Position numbers and translations under genes: made by a program
Shown here: piece after piece, positions 1 through 14,834 of the stretch
How the letters are laid out: each line of letters starts with the position of its first letter
How positions within the stretch are numbered: position 1 is the stretch's first letter
Notes under the pieces: model-generated
What the model was told of the DNA's origin: nothing
Seen by the model: only the letters and a program-made list of their open reading frames with translations
The model's database searches: none
Source of the DNA: Podarcis liolepis
Taxonomy: Eukaryota
Assembly: GCA_965112155.1 (NCBI GenBank)
Contig: OZ218099.1
DNA length: 64,000 nucleotides
Reading direction: 5' to 3' (one strand)

Positions 1-254
1 TCCTGAACACAGTAAAAGAAAAAAAAGAAAAAGCTATTTTTGATACCTGATCACTTGGGTCACCAAATGGAGACTCCAGAGATTGCTGTAAGTGACATAA
101 AAGCCATTATTTCCACTAAATGCTGCTCTCCTTAGCCACAGTGGTGCAGTGAATGGGGGGGGGGGGAGAGAGAATTTCCACTTGATGAAATTCTACCTTT
201 AGCACAAATCTTAAAAGGCATAGCAGCCCTCTCATGGAGTGTGTTCACAAACAC

Positions 255-381
255 TATACCTTGAAAGCACATTCTTTCCCTCAAAGAATTCTGGGCACTG
301 TAATATACCCCCCCAGCAACCGTTAACAAAACTACAGTTCCCAGAATTCTTTGAGGGAAAGAATGTGCTTTAAAGGGTATA
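255..381. repeat. Palindromic MITE-like hairpin in KCNH3 intron 1
   Basis: AAAGCACATTCTTTCCCTCAAAGAATTCTGGG(C/A)ACTGTA arm and its reverse complement. Confidence 0.8.
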
Positions 382-1013
382 CTGTTTCTGCGGCCACGGT
401 CTGTAACTGACAACCCCCAGTGGCAAGCCATAAAAAAAATAAAAAACGCCAACAACCTTTGTATAGGTTTTTGGAGAGTCCATTGAGATTGGGGGGGGGG
501 GGGAGAAATCTGACTGAATTTGCAGCCCACTCAAGAATAGCACCCAGCCCATACGTGGCTTGCACCACATGTGATAAATGCACAAGTGTGTTGCGTGTAC
601 ATCACACCCTGGGGAGCTACAGTTAGTTGCAGGTTCCCAGCATGTGTCCCCTTGCACGATGCACACGCACGCCGTTTTAATTTGCTCTGCTCTTCCCCAC
701 CCAGAAGGACCGCTTTGCATGCAGGAATCGTGTTGCCTCCGAAACAGGCCTCTAAGCTCGAATGAGTGCAAACCCACTGACACCACCGCTTCCTTGAGCA
801 GCCCATCTAGGCTGGCTCGGGTGAAAGGTTTCAGGAATGGAATTGTGAGTGGTAAGAGTGAGGGGGACCTGAACATAGTTTGGAGAGAGGTTTCCCCAGC
901 GAGTGGAGGTCTTCTGCAGAGGAAACAACTAGACGTGACAGCCCTCGAGCTTGCCTACGGAGGCCAAGGCAACAAGGTTGGGATTTGGGGGTGGGGGAGG
1001 GAAGAGGACTTTA

Positions 1014-2130
<1,117 letters not shown>

Positions 2131-2726
2131 CAACCTGTAGAGTTGCAAGTTTGGAGTTTTGTTTTGGTTTTGGTTTTTTTTGCTTTGGCAGATTAAGAAG
2201 TTACACGTGTCTCAGAGAACACACGCACAAAACTTGGGTCTGTTATTTTGAAGAAAGAAAGAGAACTGAAATGGACTGAGGATGAATAAAATATGGGGGG
2301 GGGGTTAAGCCTTGCCCTGCATAATTGATCACATGATGAGATGCACGTGCACCATTTGAATGGCAAGGCCCGTCAATTTTGGGGGAACCCCTCGGCCCCC
2401 AGCAATTAGCTCCAATGTGCACTCTTTAAAAGCATTGGGTCTTCACATGGGAGGCTGCCATAAATGCGCTTCATGTGACTCTACCCGGCCATAGCATCTT
2501 CCAAGTGTCCACAGTGAGAGAGGCCGTGGAATATTACAGAGATCTCCAGAGTCAGCAGGGAAGAGATTCTCCAGTTTATACGGCATTTTCAAATATCAGA
2601 ATGCCACTCCACAGCAGTGGGTTTTGACAGGCTCTGTATTGCAAGCCATAAAGCTGAAATTGGGCAAAATAATTTAACTTTAGGGATTGCACTTTATATG
2701 CCAGCTCTGTGCCTTTAGTAGCAGGT

Positions 2727-2888
2727 AGGTAAAGGTAAAGGACTCCTGGACAGTTAAGCCCAGTCAAAGGCGACTATGGGGTTGCGGCGCTCATCTTGTT
2801 TTCAGGTTGAGAGAAGCCAGCGTTTGTTCACAGACAGCTTTCTAGGTCATGTGGCCAGCATGACTAAACCGATTCTGGTACAATGGAA
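2727..2888 (-). mobile_element. Sauria SINE, 3' half
   Basis: (ACCTTT)n tail reversed plus the Sauria body. Confidence 0.85.
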
Positions 2889-3019
2889 ATAAATTGGCTG
2901 AAGTTTTGCACATCACAGGAGCAGCTCACCCACTAAGTCTAAGTGTGTCAAACTTTTAAAATTAAGTAACTAAAACTAACCCCTCTTTCCTTACACTTAA
3001 AGGGAATGGTCCAAGGGAA

Positions 3020-3890
3020 AGGGGACAATGTTCGTTCACGTTTGCTGTGTCAGGAAGGTCTGAGGCATCACATGGCGGGGCAGAGTCTCAAACAAATGTG
3101 TGCTCTCCCCAGCATGCTTGCACACTCCTGTCTCAGTGGTGTCTGCCCACGAAAGGTAAGATGGCAGGATCCTCAAGGACGTGCTCAATGGGGAGCTGGC
3201 ACCAAGCCTGTTGGCAGACCAACTTTGTATTATAAAGAGGTCTGCAAACAGGACATGAAGCCTAGCAACATCAACCCTGCCATGTGGAAATCCCTTCCAG
3301 AGACGACCGCAGCACCTGTAGACAGTTTGTGTATCCACAGCAGTGACCAGAGGAGAGATAAAGGTAAAGGACCCCTGGATGGTTAAGTCCAGTCAAAGGC
3401 GACTCTGGGGTTGCAGCGCTTATCTTGCTCTCAGGCCGAGGGAGCCTGTGCTTGTCCACAGACAACTTTCCCAGTCATGTGGCCAGCATGACTAAATCGC
3501 TTCTGGCTCAATGGGACACCGTAACGGAAACCAGGGCACACGGAAACACTGTTTACCTTCCCACCGCAGCGGTACCTATTTATCAACTTGCACTGGCATG
3601 GTTTTGAACTGCTAGGTTGGCAGGAGCTGGGACAGAGCAACAGTAGCTCATCCTGCTGCACGGATTCGAACTGCCGATCTTCCGACTGGCAATCCCAAGA
3701 GGCTCAGTGCTTTAGACTACAGTGCCACCCGCATCCCCAGAGGAGACCAGAGGAGAAGTGACCGCTGGGAGGTGCACAGGAAGAAGAAACCATGGTACCC
3801 CCTCCATCAGCACAACTGGACAGCTTCATCTGCCCCAGCTGCAATGAAACATGTCTCTCCCGTTTCAGTATCTACACCCAGAGCAGGTTC
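3020..3890 (+). mobile_element. Degraded RTE-clade LINE 3' fragment (interrupted by a Sauria SINE)
   Basis: Frameshifted remnants GRILKDVLNGELAP / VGRPTLYYKEVCKQDMK and a downstream FICPSCN-like zinc-finger tail. Confidence 0.6.
3359..3737 (-). mobile_element. Sauria SINE
   Basis: Full length; TSD CAGAGGAGA. Confidence 0.92.
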
Positions 3891-4039
3891 ACTCCAGAGA
3901 CAGATGCCAAGTAAGAAAAAGGACAGGTTTCCAGTCCCTACTGATCTTCTTTTCCATTCATGGCTACTCATATTATTAAACCATTAAGAACAGAATCTAC
4001 CTGCCTGAACATCCATTGCCTTTCCCCACAGACACCACA

Positions 4040-4220
4040 GCATAGAATCATGGAATCACAGAGCTGGAAGGGATACCCAAGGGTCATCCAGTCCAACCCC
4101 CCGCAATGCAAAAATCTCAACTAATGCATCCATGGCAGATGGCCTTCCAACCTCTGCCTAATAACCTCCAAGGAAGGAGAGTCCACCACCTCCCAAGGGA
4201 GACAGTTGCACTGTCAAACA
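4040..4220 (-). mobile_element. CR1 3' fragment
   Basis: Reverse-complemented CATAGAATCATGGAATCACAGAGCTGGAAGGG tail. Confidence 0.7.
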
Positions 4221-5402
4221 GCATGGGAGGATTAAATTGGGGGGGGGGGCGCAGCTCCCTGCACTTCCGATTTTGCTGGAGTGCAGGAAATTCTTCCACA
4301 CAGACATGACAACAGCAATGGCTGCGCAAAAGTACAAGTGTCTTATTTACTGTACGTTTGGCTCTCAGTGTTGGATTCTGCAAAATGCAAAGCATGCCTT
4401 GCCCAAATGAAATCTGGCAAAGATTGCGAGCCGTGTTGTTATACTGAGCCAACTGGAGAAATCTCTGCACATCCTCTAGAGCCGCATCAAATCACCTCTA
4501 TCTGCACTGTGGGAAGGGGCGAAAGCAAGAAGCCAGTTTGCCCAGTCTTGATCTGCGCGAGAGGAGCTGTACAAAAGCAGATTTGGCTGGCTGACGGCTG
4601 ATTTAGATTTGGAGGGGGTGCATTTGTGCTGCTTTGAGACTAGGGCTGCCTGGCTGCATGCTTGTTTCTGCACCCAAGTAATGCCTGTTCAACCTGTACA
4701 CTTTTTAAACAGATTATTCCAAAGGCACTGGAAGTCCCTACATCTCCCTCTTCCCCCCTCCCCAAAAAATCACCCTATAAAGGTTGCCCCGAAGTTTCAT
4801 CTGCTTGGGGGAGCCTGTTAACAAGAATCAATGCCTGTTATTTTCCTCTTCCAAAGGGAGCAGTTTAACTCAGCAGGAAAGCCCTTCACTCTCTTCTTGT
4901 GAAATAATACTTAGTAGAGCCCCTGGTTGTTTCTAACACCTCCTCACTCCTGCACTCAATTGAAAGAAATTTCAATGGCAACACCTGTATTTAAATTAAC
5001 TCAGCTTGAGTAAAGAGATTCAGCCGTGGTGTTTGCTTTGGTTTTTTTGGTGGTGGTGGTTTTTTAAAACTAAGGTAGGGATACCAGCAACGACAATGGC
5101 TCTATTGTGCTGTTGTTGATGCTGCACAGATGAGAGGGTCCTTAACTTGTATACCTGCTGCACACAAATGCACCCTCCAATATGCAGTCACATGAACAGG
5201 TGTGTCCTGTTTATTTCAATGGTCTTGCCGGATGGATTCAAGTGTCCTGCTTCTAATATGCCGCAGGTAAAGCGGACTTCATATCGCAATATGCTACTTT
5301 CCCCAAGTGCTCAAAACACTTCACACACGTGATTTCAGTACTCCTTCCAACAACTCTGTAAGGTAGGCCAGTAACATCACCCCCAATACTACTATATAAA
5401 AA

Positions 5403-5777
5403 AAGATAAAGGACCCCGGACGGTTAAGTCCAGTCAAAGGCAACTATGGGGTTGTTGTGCTCATCTCGCTTTCAGGCCGAGGGAGCTGGCGTTAGTCCAC
5501 AGACAGCTTTCCGGGTCATGTGGCCAGCAGGACTAAACTGCTTCTGGCATAACGGGACACCGTGATGGAAACCAGAGTGTACGGAAACACTGTTTACCTT
5601 CCTGCCACAGCAGTACCTATTTATCTACTTGCACTTGTGTGCTTTTGAACTGCTAGGTTGGCAGAAGCTGGGGCAGAGCAACGGGAGCTTACCCCGTCGC
5701 ACGGATTCGAACTGCCAACCTTCTGATCGGCAAGCCCAAAAGCCTCAGTGCTTTAGACCACAGCGCCACCTGCTCCC
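5403..5777 (-). mobile_element. Sauria SINE
   Basis: Full-length body matching the other copies. Confidence 0.92.
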
Positions 5778-5863
5778 AGAGCACCCTTTTATAAGCTACA
5801 AGTTCCCAGGATTCTTTGAGAGAAGCTGTGACAGTTTAAAGTGCGATGCTGTGATAAAGCATA

Positions 5864-6103
5864 CAGTGGTACCTCAGGTTAAGTACTTAATTCGTTCCGG
5901 TGGTCCGTTCTTAACCTGAAACTGTTCTTAACCTGAAGCACCACTTTAGCTAATGGGGCCTGCTGCTGCTGCTGCGCCGCCGGAGCACAATTTCTGTTCT
6001 CATCCTGAAGCAAAGTTCTTAACCCGAGGTAATTTCTGGGTTAGCCGAGTCTGTAACCTGAGGCGTATGTAACCTGAAGCGTATGTAACCTGAGGTACCA
6101 CTG
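5864..6103. mobile_element. Tc1/mariner (Tigger/pogo-like) MITE, TIR CAGTGGTACCTC
   Basis: TIRs and TA TSD; six copies in the window. Confidence 0.9.
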
Positions 6104-6608
6104 TAGTACAGATGGGGCCTCAGTCGCATAGGGCGGGCGGGTTCAAATGATGCCCCTGCTTCTCTTGCACCCATGGAGGCCTACTCCCGAGTAGTGCCAA
6201 AAAGATCGTTTGACTCGCTTTCAATGAGCAGATCTTCTGTTTTTGCAAGCCTTTGTTCAATCTACAATAAGGAAGTTTCAAAAGCCATGAGGGCTAGAAA
6301 CCTCTTTTTTTATAAGCTGCACCGAAACAAAGAAGATTGAACAGATACAACGTGCAGCACATGTAAGTTGCAAGCGTTGGAACCCTCTGAAAGAGTTTAT
6401 ATAAGCAGCCTGGTTCAAAACATGCCCATCCCTGCATTGATTTCTTTCATAGCAGTTGACTCCAGCTGTCTCACTCCGATGCATCACCTGCTGCTATTCC
6501 TGCATGACAAAGACACAGATTTGGCCTTCAGTGTTGTTTCTCGGCAACAGGTCCCACAAGAGAAGCACAACCAGCTCCCTCCAGAATGGTTCAGGATTGA
6601 AGCCAAAA

Positions 6609-6642
<34 letters not shown>

Positions 6643-6689
6643 AGAATCTACTTAGCAGCCCTCAAACCTAGTGAGGGATTTGAGAATAA

Positions 6690-7600
6690 GTGGATTCTTT
6701 CAGAGGGGTCAAATTGTTGAATTATAAAATTGTTGAATTTATATTTACTCATAATCCTTCTTTTTTTAAAAAAACCAACATTATCTGCCTTTATGGTGGA
6801 TCTTGGAATTTTTTTAAAGGAAAAAGGCATGGTTAAAAAAAAGAAAGGATTAAAGAAAGGAAAAAGGCGAGGTTAAAAAAGAAAGGATTAAATAGAGCAG
6901 GTCACCCAAAACGTTAAGATTTGTTTGCTGTTCTTAAAGGACCTCTCGAAGTTTCAAAAGCAGGATTTGCAATTTACTCGGTATAAATCTAAATCAAGTA
7001 AGTGTTGGAAATGTAAAGAGAAAGAAGGTTCTTTTTATCATATGTGATGGTCTTGTAGTAAGGTTAAAGCTTACTGGGAAATGATATATAATGAATTGAA
7101 AAGGATGTTCAAAATATTTTTTTTAAAAAACAACACCCAGAAGCTTTTCTTTTGGGAATTATAGGGACAGAACTACCCAAACTGTATAGAAAGTAAATCA
7201 TGTAGGCTACTACAGCGGCAAGAACGTTACTTGCCCCAAAATGGAAAGAAGAAGAAGTCCCAGCAAAGGAAGAATGGATACAAAACTTATGGAATATGCA
7301 GAAATGGCGAAACTTACTGGAAGAATAAGAAATCAAGATAACAAACTTTTAATAAAAGAATGGAAATGGTTTATTGAATATTTACAGATAAATTGTAAAC
7401 AAATAAGAACATTGGCAGGATTATTGTAATAACCTGCAGTTTTATAAGAGTATTTATTTAGATGAATAAATGAGCTAATTAAGTTAATTTGGATATGCAG
7501 AAGATATTAAAAATAAATTTAAAGAACCACAGAAAGAGGAGGAAGGTTTTGAAATGTTAAAATGATTGTAAAATCAGTGAAATGTATAAACTTGAAAAGT
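6690..7600 (+). mobile_element. L1/Tx1-like LINE ORF2 3' fragment, degraded
   Basis: CWKCKEKEGSFYHM*WSC zinc-knuckle, PEAFLLGI and KWKEEEVPAKEEWIQKLMEYAEMAKLT segments; A-rich tail. Confidence 0.8.
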
Positions 7601-7719
7601 GCGCATATATATATATATATATTTATATATATATGCAGGATTTGCCTAGGTTTGAAATGAAAAACACTAAAATTCTAAAAGTTTGCTTCATTTCACTTCA
7701 AGTTTACAAGGGGGTGCTT

Positions 7720-7965
7720 CAGAAGAAGAGGAGTTTGGATGTGATATCCCGCTTTATCACTACCCGAAGGAGTCTCAAAGCGGCTAACATTCTCCTTTCC
7801 CTTCCTCCCCCACAACAAACACTCTGTGAGGTGAGTGGGGCTGAGAGACTTCAGAGAAGTGTGACTAGCCCAAGGTCACCCAGCAGCTGCATGTGGAGGA
7901 GCGGAGACGCGAACCCGGTTCCCCAGATTACGAGTCCACTGCTCTTAACCACTACACCACACCGG
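7720..7965 (-). mobile_element. tRNA-derived CORE/MIR-like SINE (Squam3-type)
   Basis: Minus strand starts GTGTGGTGTAGTGGTTAAGAGC (A-box) with a B-box-like GGTTCGCGTC and ends in a (CTT)n tail. Confidence 0.8.
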
Positions 7966-8348
7966 TTATCTCCAGAGGAACTGCTTGATGCAGAATTGTT
8001 TGGGGGAAATGATATAACTCAGTAGCAGAGCATCACTCACAGAAGGTCCCCTGTTTGGTCCCCAACATCTCCAGGTAAGGCTGTTTTGGACTATAATTCC
8101 CATCATCCCTGACCACTTGTCCTGCTAGCTAGGGATGATGGGAGTTGTAGTCCAAAAACAGTTGGAGGCCCAAGTTTGGTAAACCATGGTGTAGACTACA
8201 CTGCGGTAGACGAGCCAATGGTCTGAATCAGTCAGTATAAGGCAGCTTCCTATGTTTATCTTATTCTCGGCCACAGGTGGCTAAGCTGTGGGCCCTGCTC
8301 TCCCGGCCTTATGATTCTTGATCTTTAAACCCAGCAGCCCTTCAAATA

Positions 8349-8590
8349 CAGTGGTACCTCGGGTTACATACGCTTCAGGTTACATTCGCTTCAGGGTACA
8401 CACTCCGCTAACCCAGAAATTGTGCTTCAGGTTAAGAACTTTGCTTCAGGATAAGAACAGAAATCGTGCTCCGGCGGTGCGGCGGCAGCAGGAGGCCCCA
8501 TTAGCTAAAGTGGTGCTTCAGGTTAAGAACAGTTTGAGGTTAAGAACAGACCTCCGGAACAAATTAAGTACTTAACCCGAGATACCACTG
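8349..8590. mobile_element. Tigger/pogo-like MITE (CAGTGGTACCTC family)
   Basis: TIRs, TA TSD. Confidence 0.9.
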
Positions 8591-8695
8591 TATAGGGCCG
8601 TCAGCCACATGTCCTTTGTAAAGACAGACACTTGGTCTGCCGCCCCAATCTGCTGAGGTCTTTGAGAAGCCCCTGCTCTATGCCCCATGCCACTA

Positions 8696-9054
8696 AAGGC
8701 AAAAGGTAAAGGACCCCTGGATGATGAGGTCCAGTCAAAGGCAACTATGGGGTTGTGGCGTTCATCTCACTTTCAGGCCGAGGGAGTTGGCGTGTGGCCA
8801 GCAGGACTAAACCGCTTCTGGACACCATGACAGAAACCAGAGTGAAACCAGAACACACGGAAACGCCATTTACCTTCCTGCCACAGCGGTACCTATTTAT
8901 CTACTTGCACTGGTGTGCTTTTGAACTGCTAGGTTGGCAGGAGCTGGGACAGAGCAACGTGAGCTCACCCTGTCGTGGGGATTCGAACCCCCGACCTTCT
9001 GATTGGCAAGCCCAAGAGGCTCAGTGGTTTAGACCACAGTGCCACCCGCGTCCC
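8696..9054 (-). mobile_element. Sauria SINE
   Basis: TSD ATGCCACTA; inserted in an L2-like fragment. Confidence 0.92.
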
Positions 9055-9723
9055 ATGCCACTATCACAAGTGCAGCTGGCGGGTTTGCCGGACAAGGCTT
9101 TCTTGCTTGCAGTGCCCAACCTGTGGGGTTGATTCTCTCCCCCTCCCACCCTGTGATGGTTCAATGCCTGGTTAAGACTGCTTTATTTCAGTGAGCTTTT
9201 GGTTCATTTGCCATGTGGTTCCCAGACGATTTTATTACACTGGCTTTGATTTCGTTGCTGCTGTTTTAAATTACTTGGCTTGTTTTGTAAATTGTCCTTT
9301 TTATTAATGTGCTTTAAATGACTGTTCGCTGCCTTTGGGGCAGACTGTCAAACAGAAAGGCAGGATAGCCCTGCTTTAAGAAAAACAAATAGAGATACTT
9401 GCCAGGTTAGAAACAGTGCACAAATTTTGGCTTTCATGTCCTTTCTGATGGCCACCCTTTCCCCCATTCTAATCCTGAAAGTGTGTTTGGGAAGCCGTGA
9501 AATGCAAGAGGTTCTAGTCTGCTGACTGGGTTTACTTTGCTATAACTGACCCTGCCTGGGTTTACGCTGGAGTAACACTTGATGGGATCATTGTGCATAA
9601 GCCTCTACTGGAGCAAATTGCTATTGGCCAGTTGTAACAGAACAGACTGTACACTTTAATTGTTGTTCTAGATGAAAGAGGTATTTGTTTGTAGTGTGTG
9701 ATATTAGGAGCAATAATCATGTA

Positions 9724-9971
9724 CAGTGGTACCTGGGGTTACATACGCTTCAGGTTACCGGTACATACGCTTCAGGTTACAGACTCCACTAACCCAGAAA
9801 TAGTACCTCAGGTTAAGAACTTTGCTTCAGGATGAGAACAGAAATCGTGCTCTGGCGGCACAGCGGCAGCAGGAGGCCCCATTAGCTAAAGTGGTGCTTC
9901 AGGTTAAGAACAGTTTCAGGTTAAGAAAGGACCTCCGGAACGAATTAAGTATTTAACCTGAGGTACCACTG
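9724..9971. mobile_element. Tigger/pogo-like MITE (CAGTGGTACCTC family)
   Basis: TIRs, TA TSD. Confidence 0.9.
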
Positions 9972-10914
9972 TATATCTACACTTTATGTATTTAAAGGTG
10001 GAAGCGTCGGACTCCTTCATCTAAGTAACCTAATTTTTGCAGCCTAAGACACAAAATGAGCAGAGGGGTTTATTTACTTTAATTTACTTTATTTATTGTG
10101 CTATTGATGAGGATTTTTTTAAAACCTCGTAACTAAGGCCCCGATCTGATCACTGGACATCCTAGTTAGCTTATTGTCTGGCTTGTGAAATGTAAACAGC
10201 CTTTGTTTGTAGCTAAAGGGGCTAGAAGCCTGTCTTTCTTTTCTCTTCTTTTAAAGCGGAAGTTGAGATTCTCCAACCACTGCCAAATTCTCTGCTTCTG
10301 CAGAAACGTGAAGTACACACAGCTCTTGTGACCGTCCTCCACACAAGTACAGTTAGTAATAAAAGTCGCCTCAGAACAAGGTCTGGGTCCATTGCTCACA
10401 CAACAGCCTGTTTCAGATAGAGAGTTCTTGGGTTTATTAGAATTGTCCGCGTCCCACTGGCAATTAAATAATCTAAGGCGTCTTTAGCAGCAACAGAAGT
10501 GAAGGCAAGTTTGATCTACACATCAGCAAAAGAAGACAGAGTGACAAGGTCGGGGGTGTTCTCTCTCTGTGTACCTGCTTCTCCAGTACCATCTCCTACT
10601 CTTGTGTAGGCGAGCACCCGACCTATTAAGCAGAGTCTTTGTCTCCAGAACAGCATGTGTGGGATGGGCGGTGAAAATACTTTCTGGGTACAATGGGAAG
10701 GTAAAAAAAATGAGGCAGGGAAAGAAGATGGAATCAGGTGGAGAGAGAAGCGGCCAAGCAGTCTAAAAGTGCTCATTTCTGTATTCCTCCTTCAGGTTCC
10801 ATGGAGAACCCTAACTTTCATTTTTAAAAAAAAATGTATGCGTTTCTAGCCCTCATGGTAGAAAATGAGGAGGTAGCTGTGAATATGTTATGCTGAGGGA
10901 TCAGCACCTGAGAG

Positions 10915-11010
10915 CAGTGGCATAGCGTGGGGGGTGCAGGGGGGGCCGGCCGCACCGGGCGCAAATTACTTGCCTTGCCCCGGGTGCTGACAACCCACGC
11001 TACGCCACTG
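10915..11010. mobile_element. hAT MITE (TIR CAGTGGC(A/G)TAGCGTGGG), 96 bp
   Basis: Perfect 8-bp TSD CCTGAGAG. Confidence 0.92.
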
Positions 11011-11227
11011 CCTGAGAGGCGAGTTAAAAAAAAGCAAAACAGAAACCGTGGCAGTTTGAAACATAATTCAGCTCCATTCATCAAAACTTTCAAATGTCTG
11101 ACTGTTCTTTTCCATGTCTGAAAAAGATCAGAATAAAATGTTAGGTCCTTCTTGGAAAATCAAGCAACAAAGACGTAATGCTGCTGTGTGGGTTGTGTGT
11201 GTATGTGTGTAGGTATGTGTGTCTGCA

Positions 11228-11605
11228 CAGGCTGATCGCCGAAGAATTGATGCTTTTGAATTATGGTGCTGGAGGAGACTCTTGAGAGTCCCATGGACTG
11301 CAAGAAGATCAAACCTCTCCATTCTTAAGGAAATCAGCCCTGAGTGCTCACTGGAAGGACAGATCCTGAAGCCGAGGCTCCAATACTTTGGCCACCTCAT
11401 GAGAAGAGAAGACTCCCTGGAAAAGACCCTGATGTTGGGAAAGATGGAGGGCACAAGGAGAAGGGGACGACAGAGGACGAGATGGTTGGACAGTGTTCTC
11501 AAAGCTACCAGCATGAGTTTGACCAGACTGCGGGAGGCAGTGGAAGACAGGAGTGCCTGGTGTGCTCTGGTCCATGGGGTCACGACTAAACAACAACAAC
11601 AAAAA
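11228..11605 (+). mobile_element. BovB LINE 3' end
   Basis: RRIDAFELWCWRRLLRVPWTARRSN...RRGRQRTRWLD peptide, (CAA)n tail, 13-bp TSD ATGTGTGTCTGCA. Confidence 0.95.
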
Positions 11606-12639
11606 ATGTGTGTCTGCAGGAACCACACACTTTCTCTAAAGAATAAAATGTTCAATCCAAGACTTTCATGGATATTGCATTCTTCCGCCAGGCCAGCATT
11701 CAAAATGTAATGTCCTTTTCGCTGGGGAAAATGTGATTCATTCAGAGCCACTGTGATTTGAAGTGCCAGAATGTAGTTCTGTGGTGTCATGGGGCTACTA
11801 TTAGACAGAGTTTGTGAGTTCCCTGATGATGGGCAACCCAGGTAGCCCAGCCCATTTTGCCTCCCCCCTCTCAATAGGTGCAGAGCATTTCTCTTGTAAT
11901 ACTCAGGGTTAAACCCCTGTCATTTCCGAGGAGCATCAGTAAAGTTTCCTGTTTGAAAACACTGATCAGCCACTGCCAGGAAGTATAGACAACACTCGAC
12001 TAGATAGGCTGTGGGGGACTTTTTTGGGGGGATTTATAATTTATTTACCAGTGCAGGCCTCTGCAAAGCCTACTCAGGAGTACCATTGAGTTCAATGGGT
12101 TGCAGACTGAACCAAAGAAGCTTACAAAAAACATATAGCATTTTAGAAAATGAGATACTTTGACCCCCTCTGCATGGGCTCAGATATTTACATGGACCTC
12201 TTAAGAGGAAGAATGCATTCACAAAAGAAGCTTCATGCGCCGAATTTCTGCTCATCACACAGCTGTTAAAGCAGTAAAAAGTAAGGGAGGTGGAATTGAC
12301 ATTGCAACATTCTGACACCTGCTAAAACTGTTTTCATACATTTATATCACATTAAATAATGGAATAACTGTCCTTCAAGTTGTTCATTACCCAGATGATT
12401 ATAATTATTGTGCTGAAAGCAAAAAAGGAATAAGAGGATTGGTCTTCTTATAGACTGCATATCGGGCTGGTCTCTTATGGATGAGAAGCTGGTTAAATAG
12501 TGGAAACAGAAAGTAAATGGGAAACCCTCACAATGAAGGGAGTTAAACAATGGGGTTCCCCCACCCCAGGTCACATATGAGGACTGGTGTTTTTTTAAAA
12601 TATTTATACATTTTGCATAGCTAAGACTGACCAGTGATG

Positions 12640-13860
12640 CAGGCAAATTTGCAGGTTTGCAGAGGACACCAAATTATTGCAACTAATTAGAACACTAAAG
12701 GGATCTCTCCAAACAAGATGAATGGGCTAACTGGCAATAAAGATTCAATGTATTTTATTTGTTTATTGAATCTGTCTACTGTCCTTCATCTTTAGATCTC
12801 GGAGCGGTTCACAACACAAATGGCAATGTAAGTGAGAAGTGAAGCACTTATGGGTAAAATGATAACATTAATAGAGATCTAAACGGAACTGGGGGTTAGG
12901 ATCCAGGACACAGAGCCTAGGTTCATGTGGATAGTTCACTTAAAACACCAACTCTGTAAGCAGCAGCAATGAAGATGGGTTTGGAAATAAGGTGTTAAAA
13001 TCCAGGAATGGGCAGATCTTCAGGCTTGCAGAATCAGCTTTGGGTTGTTGCTCTTGTTGTTTTAACAACAACAGAGATCCACCAAACAGAGCGTGGTTAA
13101 TGATTGTGAGCTCAGGAATTTATTTTGAATATCAGAATGGAACTGAGCTCACTGTCATGCCACATAAAAACCCACTTATGGCTGGTTACTCCTTGGCAAC
13201 ACAATATATCGTCATGTCAGCAGGATGAGGGTTTTTTTTTTTTTTTTTTGGAGGGGGGGAAATAAATTTGTTGTTACTACCATTGGCAATAAGAAACCTT
13301 TGGTGATCAAATCACCAAGAGAACCTAATTTACCTTCCCACCCCGTTATTATAATCACTGTTATAATGCATTTATGGCCTGGTCATATTTGGAATACTGT
13401 AGCGATTTGGGTTACTTCTTCTCAGAACAGACACCCAAGGATGGAGCTGAGCAAGCAAAACGATGAAAGGCTTGAGGCTCTTTCCTAAAATGACTACCTA
13501 AGTTTTTTCCTTGTGGGGTTTATTAGCTTGCAAGGTGCAGGAAAGTCAACTAAGCAGGCAGGGAAATGACAGAGGTCTATAAAATCATGCACGGTATGAA
13601 GTAAGTTTATAAAAAGACATTTTCCTACTTCTCTCATATTTCCAGAGCACAGGGTCGGCCCAACGAAACTGGCTGGTGGGAGAGCCAGGACAAACAGTAC
13701 AAAGTAAGAGCACACCTTCACCCAAATACACAATTATTTTATGGACTATGCTATCATAAAACATCTGGTGGACGCTATCTTAGATACGAGTGAGAGTTGG
13801 TTATACCAATTTGTGGAGGATGAGTCTATCAACAGAGGCTTAGAAATAGGCAGTATTCTG
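12640..13860 (+). mobile_element. Highly degraded CR1-like RT fragments
   Basis: Remnants such as aaatttgcagaggacaccaaatt (KFAEDTK-like), ttggaatactgtagcgatttgg and gacagaggtctataaaatcatgca. Confidence 0.5.
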
Positions 13861-13868
13861 GGAGATTA

Positions 13869-14218
13869 AAGGTAAAGGGACCCCTGACCATTAGGTTCAG
13901 TCACGGACGACTCTGGGGTTGCGGCGCTCATCTCGCTTCACTGGCTGAGGGAGCTGGCATACAGCTTCCAGGTCATGTGGCCAGCATGACTAAGCCGCTT
14001 CTGGAGAACCAGAGCAGCGCACGGAAACGCCATTTACCTTCCCGCCGGAGCGGTACCTATTTATCTACTTGCACTTTGACGTGCTTTCAAACTGCTAGGT
14101 TGGCAGGAGCAGGGACTGAGCAACGGGAGCTCACCCCGTCGCAGGGATTCGAACCGCTGACCTTCTGATCAGCAAGCCCTAGGCTCTGTGGTTGAGACCA
14201 CAGCGCCACCCGCGTCCC
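13869..14218 (-). mobile_element. Sauria SINE
   Basis: TSD TGGGAGATTA. Confidence 0.95.
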
Positions 14219-14799
14219 TGGGAGATTACGTTGAGCTAAAGATGATGTTGAAGCTGACGTTTCAAAAACACACACACATACCACAAAACAAAACAGAGGC
14301 CTTTCTTTCAGGAATAACGGAATTGGAAGCACCACTGAACTCAATGAAGTTTACTTCCAGGTAACTATGCACAAGATTACAAAATACATTGGATATTATG
14401 CTATGTACTGACACTGCTTTGAGATCTGTGAATGTGCCCTATTCTAACTCATAGTTAGCATAGGCCTCCCCCCCTTTTTTTCTTTTGGAGTGCAGAATTA
14501 TTATCTGTGCTGCTTTTAATAGTTCCACCCCTTCCGCCCACAACAACAGTGATTTTGGGGAGAAGGGATAGAAAACTCCAAGAGTATTTCGGGCCACTTT
14601 AAGCGCTTTCATGAGCTTTCATTATCTAAGTGAACAAAACATAGTTTAAAAGCCTGATGCACTGGCAATTATTGTTGTGCTTACAGGCAGGCTGGCTGTG
14701 AAAGGATATATGTGAATAAAAAAGGCATCTGCATTTAAAAGCAACAGAAGTAGCAATCGGAGGTGGCAATAGAAAAAGGTCTATCTGTATTCAAGAGTG

Positions 14800-14802
<3 letters not shown>

Positions 14803-14832
<30 letters not shown>
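14803..14832. repeat. (CA)n microsatellite
   Basis: Direct reading. Confidence 0.95.

Positions 14833-14834
<2 letters not shown>

Noticed and set aside
7890-7965. tRNA-like A/B boxes here and at Sauria SINE heads
   Set aside because: They are SINE pol III promoters, not cloverleaf tRNA genes.
10971-10991. RE1/NRSE-like sequence (GGTGCTGA half-site) inside the hAT MITEs at 10915 and 17151
   Set aside because: The GGACAG half-site has two mismatches (GGGCAA); too weak to call.
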